From positions 1-41,996 of the forward strand of contig JWZX01003061.1 of assembly GCA_001275005.1 (NCBI GenBank): DNA of 41,996 nt, written 5' to 3'. The notes beneath the pieces were generated by a model. It saw nothing but the letters and a program-made list of their open reading frames with translations, did no database searches and was not told where the DNA came from. This DNA comes from Chrysochromulina tobinii. Its lineage: Eukaryota. The position numbers and the translations under genes are program-made. This document shows positions 1 through 10,316 of this stretch, in pieces. Positions within the stretch are counted from its first letter, which is position 1. Every line of letters starts with the position of its first letter.

Positions 1-191
1 GGGGAGGGGGGCGAGGGGGGGGGCGCCGTGGTGAGCACTTGCATGCAGCTCCTCGAGCCGTTGAGCTTGCGTCGGCCACCAGAGGGCACTGAGAGGCCAC
101 TCAGCGCCCAATCGGAGGCCAATCGGAGGCCAATCAGCGGCCAATCAGCGGCCAATCAGCGGCCAATCTGGTGCACTCAGCGGCTGCTCGC
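1..191 (-). other. GC-donor intron (truncated) with 10-bp repeat and the shared 3' module
   Basis: Donor CAG|GCGAGC; (CTGATTGGCC-like)n repeat at about 105-170; module TGCATGCAAGTGCTCACCACGGCGCC at 22-47 followed by a pyrimidine tract. Confidence 0.8.
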
Positions 192-3149
192 CTGCTCGAT
201 GTAGCGAGAGTCCAGATGTGCGTCGTCTTGGGCACGCGTTGAGGGGCGAGCGGTCCGTATGAGGTGAAGCACGCCGTAATGCTCCGCGAGCTCCTCCATG
301 CCCACCTGCCATCCATCGCACTCAGTCGCAATCAGTCGCACTCAGTCGCACTCAGTCGCACTCAGTCGCACTCAGTCGCACTCGAGGGTACTCAGGCAGG
401 CAGGCAGGTCGAAGGGCTCCCACCCGCCCTTAGAAGGTCATTAGAAGGTCATTAGAAGGTCATTAGAGGGTCATTAGAAGGTCATCAGAAGGTCATCAGT
501 CGAAGGGCTCCCACCCGCCCGTCGGCATTCTTCTTGAGCTCGGACCAGAAGAACTCAAACTCGCGCTCCCCCTGCTGCACCGCGAGCTTCTGCTGCCTCT
601 CTCGCTGAGTGGCCTCGTGCCGCGCCCTGGCGGCGAGCGCGCCGTCCCGGGCGCCACCCGCGTCGTGCTGGGCGTTCACCGCGGGCGCCGACGCCAACGG
701 CAGCACGAAGTACGCAAAGAACCTGCGGGGAGGCGATGGCGCGGTGGTGAGCACGTGCATGCATCCAGGAGCGGACCGACGGCCAACGGCCTCCCTTACT
801 TGGTGCGCAGCTCGGAACGGGAGATGGAGCCCTCGGCGTCGGCGTCGATTGCGAGCATCAGCCGTTGGAGAGAGACGACGGCGACCTCGTCCCTGCGAGA
901 TGCCACGCGCTGCCCAAGCGAGAACGGATGCATGCGCCGAGCCATCAGTGGCAATCATTACATCAATCAACAGCAATCATACAGCAATCATACAGCAATC
1001 AAACAGCAATCAAACAGCAATCATACAGCAACATAGAGCAATCAGAGGCCATCAGCACTCGTGGAGCTCACCTGCAGATCGATGAGCCCGTACGCGAGGA
1101 CGCAGGCGACGAGCGAGAGCGCAAAGGCAAGCAGCTTGGGCAGACGCTCCAAGTCCGCGAGCGCCGTGATGAGCGCGTGCGGCAGCGGCAGCGCCCCGAG
1201 CCATCTTGCGGCATCGAGCTCGAAGATCTCGAGAGCACTTGCGTTCACACTTGCGTTCACACTTGAGTTCACAAAGGAGTTCCCAATGGTGGGCGGGAAC
1301 AGCGAGCCGCTCATGGCTGCTGCGGCTGTGGCGGCGGCGGTGGCGGAGGATGCGGAGGAGGAGGCGGCGGAGGCGGCGGAGGCTGCGGTGGCGGAGGTGG
1401 CTGAGGTGCCGTCGATGCCAAACAGCAGTTGACCGAGGAGGGTGACCACCTCGGCGCGTGGGGCGAGGTACACGAGGGTGATCACCGAGAAGCCGAGGCA
1501 GACCTGCGCCATCAGAGGCATCAGAGGGTCATCAGAGGGTCATCAGAAGGTCATCAGAGGGTCATCAGAGGGTCGTCAGAAAGTCATCAGAAGGTCATCA
1601 GAAAGTCATCAGAGTGTGGAGAGGCCTAGGCCTTACCTTGGCTGGCGTGGCGGTGACACACGGGAATGTGAGTAGACGGTTGATGAAGAGTTGCACGCAC
1701 GTGCACACGAGCAGCAGATCGAGCCATCTGGCCAACGGCTCGTCCCACCATCGGGGCACCTGGTAAAGGTTGAGAGCAACGAGCCAGAAGATGGCGAGCC
1801 AGAGCGACCAGCTGAGCACGAGCAGCCCGATGGTCGTGGGGAGCCAATGCAGCCCGCGACGCTCCTGTGGGGGAGGGGGGCGCCGTGGTGAGCACTGGCA
1901 TGCGGCGGTTGCATGCTGGGGAGCCCATGCAGCCCGCGACGCTCCTCGTGACGAAGCTTCTGCTGGCGAAGCTCGTGACGAATCTGACGAATCTGACGAA
2001 TCTGACGAATCTGACGAATCTCTGTACCTCGTGACGAAGCTTCTGCTGACCCCGTAGGGCGCGCAAGGCGACACGGCCACCCTCGACGAGCGCGTCGTAG
2101 TGCCAGAGCAGCACGAAGGCGCCCCAGAGCAGCAACGAGCGCACGACGAACAAGAAGAACTCAAATGGGAACGTTGTGTGCGAGCCGGGGTAGAAGACGG
2201 CGCAGGCGTACGCGGGGCTGCTCGGGACGGCGCCTGCGAAGTCCTCGAGTCTCAGCTCGCCGTCGGAGGGCTGCGTGGCGCACACGAAGAGCTTGGCGAA
2301 GCCCACGCAGCCGGCGACGAGGCCCGAGGTGAAGAACTGGAGCTTCTTCGCTGTGACGATGAACTCGATGAGGCCGTACCTGATTAGGGAGGCCATCCGA
2401 AGTCATCAGAGGTCAACAGGGGTCATCAGAGGTCATCAGGGAGAGCCCAGGCAAGGTGGGCACGCTGCCACTTACTCGTCGAAGTCCGTAAAGTACTTTG
2501 CGGCTGCGAGAAGGATGACCATCACGTCGGAGACGCCGTACAGAGGAAAGAGGAAGAGGAGCCTGATGAAGAGCGAGAGCGGGCTGCGGATCGTGCCCCA
2601 GATGGTCAAATCGGACGGCTCCATCGCGTAGATCAGCCGGGCCGCGCACCACTTGAGCCAACCGCGCGGTGGATCGGCGTGGTGCATATCCTGCTTGGCG
2701 CGGAGCTCGCGGAATTCGAGGCCGAGGTCGAGCATGACCGAATCGACAAGAGAGCGCTTCACCTCAGGCCAGAGCTCGCCGTACACGTTGTCGACGACGA
2801 TGCGCACGGCTCGCGGCATGGCGTGGTCGTGCAGCGAGTTCAGCATCGTCGCGCCGATCGAGCTCATCATGCGGCTTGCCTGCAGGGCGATGACCTCATC
2901 GGCTTTTTGCATGCTGACGCGCCTTAGGGAATTGAAGCCCTGGTCCACGAGATTCTGCACTTCGCCCACCACTGGTATCTGGTTGATTACCGTCTCGTAC
3001 GCAATGGCCATATTGGCTTGGGCTTCGACAGCATGCCGAGCGGCAAAGTCGAAGAAAAGCTCATCCTCGGGTGGCGCGGCGGTGTTGCGCGGCCCGGTAA
3101 TCGTGGCCCACTCGGTCCGCGATGAAGGCTCTCGGTCGCGGGCGGCCAT
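192..3149 (-). CDS. Multi-exon multi-pass membrane protein with C-terminal EF-hand-like loops, 3'-truncated by the window edge
   Basis: Exons 3149-2476, 2379-2028, 1864-1637, 1503-1072, 909-800, 722-515 and 305-192 join in frame, with phases checked at every junction. Several hydrophobic segments are present. EF-like loops are DADAEGSISRSEL and, across a splice junction, KNADGRVGMEEL. Confidence 0.85.
306..514 (-). repeat. Intron with (CTAATGACCTT)n and (CTGAGTGCGA)n arrays and a duplicated donor junction
   Basis: GT at 514-513 and CAG at 308-306. Positions 410-429 repeat 501-520. Confidence 0.85.
723..799 (-). other. Short intron carrying a diverged copy of the shared 3' module
   Basis: GTAAGG...TGCATGCACGTGCTCACCACCGCGCC...CCCCGCAG; splicing restores the frame (RTK-FFAY). 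Confidence 0.85.
910..1071 (-). repeat. Intron with (TGATTGCTGTW)n array
   Basis: CAG|GTGAGC donor and GGGCAG acceptor; 11-bp repeats at about 965-1045. Confidence 0.8.
1504..1636 (-). repeat. Intron with (CTGATGACCYT)n array
   Basis: AAG|GTAAGG donor and GCGCAG|GT acceptor; repeats at about 1510-1613. Confidence 0.85.
1865..2027 (-). other. Intron containing a copy of its own spliced junction, a 9-bp array and the shared 3' module
   Basis: GAG|GTACAG donor; (ATTCGTCAG)n at about 1976-2020; junction copy at 1917-1965; module at 1879-1903; CCCACAG acceptor. Confidence 0.9.
2380..2475 (-). repeat. Intron with CTGATGACCT repeats and CCTCCCTAATCAG acceptor
   Basis: GA|GTAAGT donor; phase 2 join gives DFDE-YGLIEF. 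Confidence 0.85.
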
Positions 3150-3855
3150 CTGTATCGAAACGATTGTGGCAAGCGGAGAGGAGCAAGAGAGGTTCCGCCG
3201 CCGCCACCGCCGCCGGCGTGAGCGAGACGCTCTTGCCCGAAAGAGGTGAATGGACAAAGAAGGAAAAAAGGGTTCTGCACTGCGAACATGTTTTCCCACG
3301 GTGTTTTTGAACCGAGAACTCACTGAGAACTGTCCTGTACACAGGCTCTGCCTGTGTCTTGGTGTCTGTAACGAGAGCCAGCGTGAGGAGGAGAGAGGCC
3401 GATGCACTGACCGAGCTCAGTGCGAGCGCCGAGCGGGAGCTCCTCAAGGTTCTCAAGGGATGTTTATCTCCCTTCTAGCGCATGTTCAAACCCAAATTCA
3501 CACCATGCGGCGAGGATCCTCAAGGTCGACGCAATCCCCTGAGGCGCGCGACCCCGCTCGCGCGCTACGCACATCTGTCTGATATGTGCGCGACGCGACC
3601 CGCCGGTCCAGGTAACGACCAGGCGGCGCAAGCCTGTTTCGTTATCTCTTATCTGGACTACAATGTAATACAAATTACCGTTCCCGGAGTCTTTTTTCCC
3701 AAACCCCGGCGTCTTTTTACCGGTACGGTACCGCTTTGGGCGAGAAGGCGTCTCGCAATCGCCTTTGGTGCTACTTCTGTGGTACCGGAGGGCGAGGCGT
3801 GTCGGGACGGGACGGACGCACGCGGCGAACCGGACCTGCGCCGCTGCGCCGCTGG

Positions 3856-4889
3856 ATGGAGCGCCGGGATGTGCACGCGCGCAGGTTCGCACTGTTTGGC
3901 CTCCTTGCCGGCCTGCACGCGCAGAACCCCTGCGAACCGCGCGTGCAGGCTATGTATGCTGCATCTGGTCATCCGCCCGTCATGTGCGGTGACGCCGAAA
4001 AGGAGCAAATGGAGGTGGCGCGCCGTTGGAAGGGCGCGACTCCGGCGCATCGCCGTCGGTGGCGCAATCCGAAAGCCTGTCCCAGAGAGACCAACTTTAG
4101 CACACTCGAGCAGCTGTGGCCAGCTGGGCATTTTCGCGGCCCACTGAATGGGCCGAGGAGCTACTTTAGGCGAGTGCCCCCTCACTTCCTCGGATACCAC
4201 GCTAACTTCTCCAACTGCCGCCGGAAGGTTTATATCGACATTGGAGCGAAACACTTCGACTCCAAGGAAGGTTTCCTCTCAATGTTGAAGTTGTACACGC
4301 CGCTCCTCGACTTTGATGAGTATTACGGTAGGACTCCTCACAGCAATCTCCCATATCGGAATCACGCTCGCTCGCTGGCTGTGTGACGTTCGCTGGATCG
4401 AGTCTCGCACGACCCCGCCCAGCCTTTGAAGCCGTCGCTGGCTTTTACAAGCTGCCGCCGCACGACGAGCTCGTGCGCCTCCTCATTAAGCAGGGCATGC
4501 ACCCCACCCGTGCGGCAACCTTTTCGCGTCGCCACTTCTTCCTGCAGGCGTTCATTGGGTCTCGCTCGAAACCAGAGACGACGCCTTCGACGATCGGCTT
4601 CTCTGACTTTTTGGAGACGACGCTCGGCCTGCAGCCAGCAGACGCGGTCGTCGTCAAGATGGACGTGGAGGGGTATGAGTTCGACATCGTGCAGACGCTG
4701 CTTGCCGACGGGACGCATGCGCTCATTGATGAGATCATGCTTGAGGTGCACTATGGCCATCCTTACATGAGGCAAACGTACAACTGGTGCCGCACACCGC
4801 AGTTCTGGTGCTTCTACACGTTGGAGAACGCCACGAGCATGTACCAGTCGCTCAGAGACGCGGGTGTCTACGCGCATCACTGGCCGTGA
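3856..4889 (+). CDS. FkbM-family (Methyltransf_21-like) SAM-dependent methyltransferase, 2 exons
   Basis: Exons 3856-4327 and 4423-4889, with a GT-AG intron at 4328-4422. Motifs KVYIDIGA, YYAFEA, VVKMDVEGYEFDIV and IDEIMLEVHY. Start codon uncertain. Confidence 0.8.
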
Positions 4890-5017
4890 TGGCGTTTATT
4901 GGTTCCTTCACCACACACCCATGTTATTCGTCATTCCGGTCTGAACCGCAAAGGCCGACGTTTCAGGAACTTCTGTACTGTGAATTCAGGAGGGTTACCG
5001 GTACGGCGCGGCCAACA

Positions 5018-6754
5018 ATGCACGAGCCCATCATGCCGCCCGTAGGCCGACCGTTTCTGCTCAGAGACGAGCAGCTGCGTAGCTCCCTTCAGGTGGATGC
5101 CTCGGAGCAGGCAATGCGGCGCGTCTGGGCCAAGCTAGAGTCGGGACTGCCGCTATCGATTGGCGTGCTCGGATCATCCGTCGGCATGTCGGGTGGGTGC
5201 CAAGTTGAGTATCAACCGCAGCTACGGTGCTCCCAGTTCGACGGCGTGCAAGTGCAAAAGCGCTTTGCGCGCGGCTATGGCGTCGTAGACAGCGAGATGC
5301 GTGGCCTGCTCCATAATGCCGACCGACCTGTCCGCGGCTTCGTCTTGCAAGTGCTGGATTGGATCAATGCGACGTGGCCTCATCACGCGCACCGAATTGA
5401 GAACGCAGCGGTCGACGCGTGGACGGCCAAGGCTATTGAGCCGTGTCTGCTCTCCAACGAGCGTATCACAGCTTCAGATCTCTTGCTGCTGGAGCTTGGT
5501 AGCCAGGGATGGCACCCGAGTCAAGCGGCCGCCTCCGAGCGCATCATCCGTAAGCTGCTGCGGATCGCATCTGGCGACGGCGGTGTGCCACCGGCGATGA
5601 TGATGGTGACCACCCGGCAGTGGTGTGGTCACAGCGTGCACGGCCTACGGCGCAAGGAGCGGCCAGTCGTCTCTCGCACGTGGGCCGGCATCGAGGACGT
5701 CTTTGCGAGCTTCTGTACCGCGTATGGGATGGCGTGTCTCTCGATGCGCGACGCCATCTTTCACGACGTCGTGGCAGGACGGCCCAATTTCACAGTCGCC
5801 GATGTCGCCGCCGACTGCCTTCACCCCGAGCAGTCCCGCTTCGGCTACCATTACATGGCAGATGTGATCATTCACTTCATGCGGCGCTCCTGGCTGCAGT
5901 ACAAGGAGCAACGAGTGCGCTCGTCATCAGCTGTGGTTCACGCCAAGGTCACTGTGGTTCACGCCAAGGTCACGCGTGCGTCCTTGCCGCCGGCGATCGT
6001 GCTTGTCAACCGCGGACGTGAGGGCCACATGTCGTGGCGGTGTTACGACTTCTCGACCGCGGCAACGGCAGACGCAGCGATGTTGGTCACGATGCAAGCT
6101 GCAGCGCGGCCACAGCTCCTGTGGCAAAGCATGGGTGGTGACGGCGGAGCTGCCCCGATTGCAGACATGCCAGCGTGCGACGTGCTGCGACGATGCGTGC
6201 TCAAAGCCACGCGCACGCAGAATGGGAACTGCCTGCGTGGACGTGGCCACTGGCAGTTCTGTACGCGAACGCTTGCTCCACGTGCGGCGTACAAGCCGGG
6301 GCTCGTGTCCCTGCTGCCGGGTGCAGATCTTCGATTTGTTGTGGACGCGCGTGCGCCCTTTGCAACTGTGGTGCATGCTGCAAACGGCACGTCTGGGCAA
6401 CCAGGCGACGCTGCGGTGTTGGCACTCACGTATCTCACCTCGTACCAAGACATGGGTGTGGCGAGCGTGAGCTGCCAGCATGGCTGCTCATGCGTCCCCC
6501 AAAGGCTGGACGCGATCCAGTTGGCACAACCGTCTGATGTGCCGGTACCCACGCTGCAAAGGCACCGGTCGGGTGCGGATCGTACCATCACGCGGAATGT
6601 GTCCGTCGCAACGGTCATGGAAATTCCAATCCGTGACGCATCGAGGGCGTGTGCCATCCGCATCGTCAACATCCCGCGAGCGGGCAGCGATAAGTTAGCT
6701 GTCGCCAAATGGAAGCTACTTCAGGTGCGCATCGGCTGGGATGTGGGCACGTGA
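5018..6754 (+). CDS. SGNH/GDSL-like hydrolase or acyltransferase domain protein
   Basis: Long ORF with block I IGVLGSSVG and catalytic-type DCLHP. Likely ATG at 5018 (MHEP); the ORF is open further upstream. Confidence 0.7.
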   Translation: MHEPIMPPVGRPFLLRDEQLRSSLQVDASEQAMRRVWAKLESGLPLSIGVLGSSVGMSGGCQVEYQPQLRCSQFDGVQVQKRFARGYGVVDSEMRGLLHNADRPVRGFVLQVLDWINATWPHHAHRIENAAVDAWTAKAIEPCLLSNERITASDLLLLELGSQGWHPSQAAASERIIRKLLRIASGDGGVPPAMMMVTTRQWCGHSVHGLRRKERPVVSRTWAGIEDVFASFCTAYGMACLSMRDAIFHDVVAGRPNFTVADVAADCLHPEQSRFGYHYMADVIIHFMRRSWLQYKEQRVRSSSAVVHAKVTVVHAKVTRASLPPAIVLVNRGREGHMSWRCYDFSTAATADAAMLVTMQAAARPQLLWQSMGGDGGAAPIADMPACDVLRRCVLKATRTQNGNCLRGRGHWQFCTRTLAPRAAYKPGLVSLLPGADLRFVVDARAPFATVVHAANGTSGQPGDAAVLALTYLTSYQDMGVASVSCQHGCSCVPQRLDAIQLAQPSDVPVPTLQRHRSGADRTITRNVSVATVMEIPIRDASRACAIRIVNIPRAGSDKLAVAKWKLLQVRIGWDVGT

Positions 6755-6993
6755 ACACACGTGCCATGATACAAGTAAAGGCTAAAGGGCCAGGCCCGAC
6801 GATCGGATGAAACGAAATAGACTGCTGCGCGGTGCTGGTCAGGTCGGTCCGCCGCGCGGAGCCGCACGGCCGCATCGGCATTTTCAAGATTTGTTCATTA
6901 TTACACCAGTTTACCACGGGGTCGGGGAATAGCCAGGAGCAGTGGCGCAGGGCACGCTGCTGTGCCAGCCTCTGGAGGTACTGACAGCAGTAT

Positions 6994-8293
6994 TTACCGA
7001 TACCGTTTGGGATTGGTACTTGCCGTTTGGGATTGGGTTCGGTTTACAACGCGCGCCTTCGCCTTCGCCCTTGCCTCCTTGGCACGGATCGCCGCTGCCA
7101 TGACCGGGTCCATCGATCTCGCTTTTGACTCCGCCTTCAACTCCGCCGAGCAAGTTGGCACCTCCGCCGGCCACAGAATTGGCTTGCCTGCCTCCTCGAT
7201 GGGCATCTGATACCCCGGCCTCAAGAAGACCTGCTCCATGCCCTTGGGCGAGTAGTGCCGGTAGTTGCCGGCGCGCCAATACGCTGCGCTGCTATTCGTC
7301 TCCGCCGACACGACGTCAATCGTCACGCCGTGCTCACCGCCATGGTCGAGCTTAAGGGTCGACATGGCCTCGGGCTCATGGCCCTCAATGTCGAGGCTCA
7401 TAAAGTCGATGTGCTTGACCTTGTGCTCGTGCAGGATCGAGCGCAGCGTCCTGCACTCCATCTGCACAGGCTTTTTGTTTCTCGCGAGCCTGAGGTCGCT
7501 CTGCTGCTTCACAACCCGAGCAGCGCCGCCGTGGAATGAATCAGGGAGGATCATCTCAATCGTTTTGGCCGCGTCTGAGACGCAGCTGGGGACGAGCGTG
7601 CACTTGCGCTCAGCTCGAATGCGCTCGTGGTGCACCGGATTGGGCTCGATGCAGAGGCCACGCCACCCCAGGCATTGCTCGAGAAAGTACGTGTTGCTCG
7701 CCCACATGGCATCGTTGGATGCGAGGTCAACAAAGAACCCAGGCTCTTTCCGATACTGAGCGTGGTTCTGCCAGATCCACCAATCCTGCCAGTGGTTGGG
7801 GATACGAGCATGCGCGCCGCGCGCGCGCGCTCAGAGCACGCCAGTGGTGCAAGTATGCAAGAGCGCATACCTGGCCCCATTGCGACACGAAGTTGGGTAC
7901 GTCGCGGTCGTAGCCCGTCATACGAAGAGTCTTCTCCGTCCCGCCGTGAAGAGGCCTGTTGGCGTTCGGAATGATGCTCCTCCAACTGGCGTGGCATGGC
8001 TTGTTTGAAGCACTCGCCTGCACCGCAAGCAGTTCGGCGCACCACTTTGCAGCGGGAGTGGCCATCAATGCTGATAACGAGGCGAGAACGACGTAGGCTA
8101 AGGCCAGTAGGCCAACCATGGTCAATAAACCAACAAGCAAGGGGCAAAACCAGCTTTTGCATGACACTCCCGTGCAGGCATCCTCCAGGGCTAGGTCCGC
8201 TGTTCCGTCGTGAAGCGGGCTCGAAGGCGGAGTTGCAGCCTCCTCCAGTCCGCATTGCGCAGTCGAGGACGCATCACGTTTCGTGTGCGACAT
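6994..8293 (-). CDS. FkbM-family methyltransferase with N-terminal membrane anchor, 2 exons
   Basis: Exons 8293-7871 and 7785-6994, intron 7786-7870. The join gives SQWGQ-DWWIW, followed by GFFVDLASND, SNTYFLE, GWRGLCIEPNP and IDFMSLDIEGHE. Confidence 0.85.
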
Positions 8294-8298
8294 GAGGC

Positions 8299-8474
8299 GT
8301 TACCCGGTACTATGTACAGTACCGGTAAAAAGACACCGGGGGGCGAGCCGGGACACACACGGGACACGCGGACGCACAAAGGCACAGTACCGGTAGTGCG
8401 TGTGTCCGTTTGTCCCGTGTGTGTCCCGGCTCCCCCCGGTGTCTTTTTACCGGTACCGGTACTGTACCGGTAAC
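8299..8474. mobile_element. Near-perfect 176-bp hairpin, MITE-like dispersed repeat
   Basis: Arms 8299-8377 and 8396-8474 are imperfect inverted repeats (TACCGGTAAAAAGACACCGGGGGG..AGCCGGGACACACACGGGACA) around a central TACCGGTA. Partial copies occur elsewhere in the window. No clear target-site duplication. Confidence 0.65.
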
Positions 8475-8550
8475 CAATATTGACTTATCTGCTGACCGCT
8501 CTACTTCTCTGTGAGTGGTCTCTCGCTTTTCGTCGTCCTTCGCGCGGGGC

Positions 8551-9585
8551 TCAGTCCGACGTCGGCAGGTTGGTCTGCCGCTTGACCCACGACACGTACT
8601 CGTTGAAATCGACGCGGCCGTCGCCGTTGTTGTCGATGCTCTGCATGAGCTCGTCGCACGAGCCGTCCTCTAGGATGCACATGCCCGCGTCGTTGAGCTC
8701 TGTTACCTCGAGCGTGCCGGAGCGATCTGTGTCGATCTTTTCGAATCGGATCGCATCCAAACCCAGATAGCGCCCCGTGAGCGGCGGCACCGTCCCGACT
8801 GCCTTCGGGTCGGGAAGCGGCCGGCCCGACGAGAGGAACTCGTACACGAGTGGCAGACCGTTTGGCACACCGAGGCGGGAGAGTTCGTCGTCGTCGAGGC
8901 CCTGCACGCATCGAATGAGAGCGCGTAGATTGTTGGCGTGCCCGACGACCAAGACGGTCTGCCCTCTCTCGATGACCCGCGGCCGAATCTCCTCGCGCCA
9001 TAGCGGCTCGACTCGCGCGCAGCAGTCGCGTATGCTCTCCGTCAACGGCAGCGACAACCCCTCAAGCCTGAGGGCCTCCATGTCGCACGAGTCGACGATG
9101 GCCGCGTGGAACGGATTGTCCGATGTCAGTGGCGGTGGCTTGCCATCTAGCGTCGAGCGCCAAGCTTGCAGCTCCGCTTCTGACACTCCCGGCGGCACAG
9201 CCGACTTTGACAGACCAGTGATGGCGCCATAGTGCCGCTCGTTGAGCCGGTATCGCTTCAGAAGCGGGATGGCTTTCCGGCCCAGGTACCGCGGCTGTTG
9301 CTGCAAATGATCACAGACGACCTGTGCCGTTTGAACTGACCGTTGAAGGCCTGACGTGTAGCACGCATCTATCCGCATGCCCGAAGCACCAAGGAGCCTT
9401 CCCGCTTGCTGCGCGTCGTTCACACCGCCCAAAGTGAGCGGAACATCCATCCAGCCGGTAAACTGGTTGGACAGGTTCCAAGTGCTCTGACCGTGCCGCA
9501 CGAGGATGAGGAGGCCGGTTGCCGCCGCAGTCATTCTCGCAAGTCCACGTCGGCTTGTCGCCGGCGCAGCCTTGCCATCGAGCAT
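8551..9585 (-). CDS. gpmA: 2,3-bisphosphoglycerate-dependent phosphoglycerate mutase with a C-terminal EF-hand pair
   Basis: Motifs LVRHGQSTWN, FTGWMDVPLT, RLNERHYG and VLVVGHANNLRAL; EF loops DTDRSGTLEVTEL and DNNGDGRVDFNEY. Confidence 0.9.
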   Translation of the reverse strand: MLDGKAAPATSRRGLARMTAAATGLLILVRHGQSTWNLSNQFTGWMDVPLTLGGVNDAQQAGRLLGASGMRIDACYTSGLQRSVQTAQVVCDHLQQQPRYLGRKAIPLLKRYRLNERHYGAITGLSKSAVPPGVSEAELQAWRSTLDGKPPPLTSDNPFHAAIVDSCDMEALRLEGLSLPLTESIRDCCARVEPLWREEIRPRVIERGQTVLVVGHANNLRALIRCVQGLDDDELSRLGVPNGLPLVYEFLSSGRPLPDPKAVGTVPPLTGRYLGLDAIRFEKIDTDRSGTLEVTELNDAGMCILEDGSCDELMQSIDNNGDGRVDFNEYVSWVKRQTNLPTSD

Positions 9586-10316
9586 GACCACAACAAAAAG
9601 GGTGTCTGTCCATGAACTGTGTGGTCTGACGAAACAGCGCGTGAATCAGCGCTCCCATCCTGTGAAGAATCGCAAATTCGCACCACAAGGAATCCTACCG
9701 GTGTCCACAGAAGGCCGCCCCCCGCGAACCCGCACCCGGCCCCACCCGCTCCCGAAGCACCCGCGCCGCCACGCGCACCTGTGGTTCAAATAGGCGGTAG
9801 GCGAGATGAAGCTGAACGTGCCGCTGACGTGTACGGTGTAGCGGCCGGCGGTGCGGCCGGAACCCCCAATGAGCTCAAGGGAGCCTTTGCTTTAGCCTGG
9901 TTTGTGCAGCTGGCACGATACGTCACGTATACTGTCTTCCCGCTCCAGCTGTTCTTTGTATGGTTATTGAAGAGGTATTGAATTGGTGTGCATGCGAGGA
10001 AATTCCGGAGCGCCCCTGGGGGCTCCAGGATTTTTGAGATCGCCCACTGACGCGCGCCGACCGGCGCGCGGCCTAGCATCTCAACCGCCGCTCCAGACAG
10101 CCACGGTTCTCGCATGCGCGAGAACCGCCCCAGGATCTCACCTTCTCCGACGGTGCGGTCACCAGTCTCGGGGCTGAAACCTGACTCCTGAGAGGTCCAC
10201 TTGGGGCGTCCCGCATGTAGGGTCCTTACACGGAACACGCTCATTAAATTACTCGGAGTAAAGATGCTTTAAACGAATGCTAATAAGCCAAGATGCAAAC
10301 CGATTTTTTCTTTAGC

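Noticed and set aside
723..799. Possible self-junction copy in this module-bearing intron
   Set aside because: No match to either flanking exon, so junction copies are not universal in the family.
5931..5972. 21-bp in-frame tandem duplication (VVHAKVT twice)
   Set aside because: Ordinary slippage in a linker region, with no splice signals or module.
9619..9981. 120-aa plus-strand ORF with a hydrophobic C-terminus
   Set aside because: No in-frame ATG, no recognisable family, and it lies in the PGAM upstream region.
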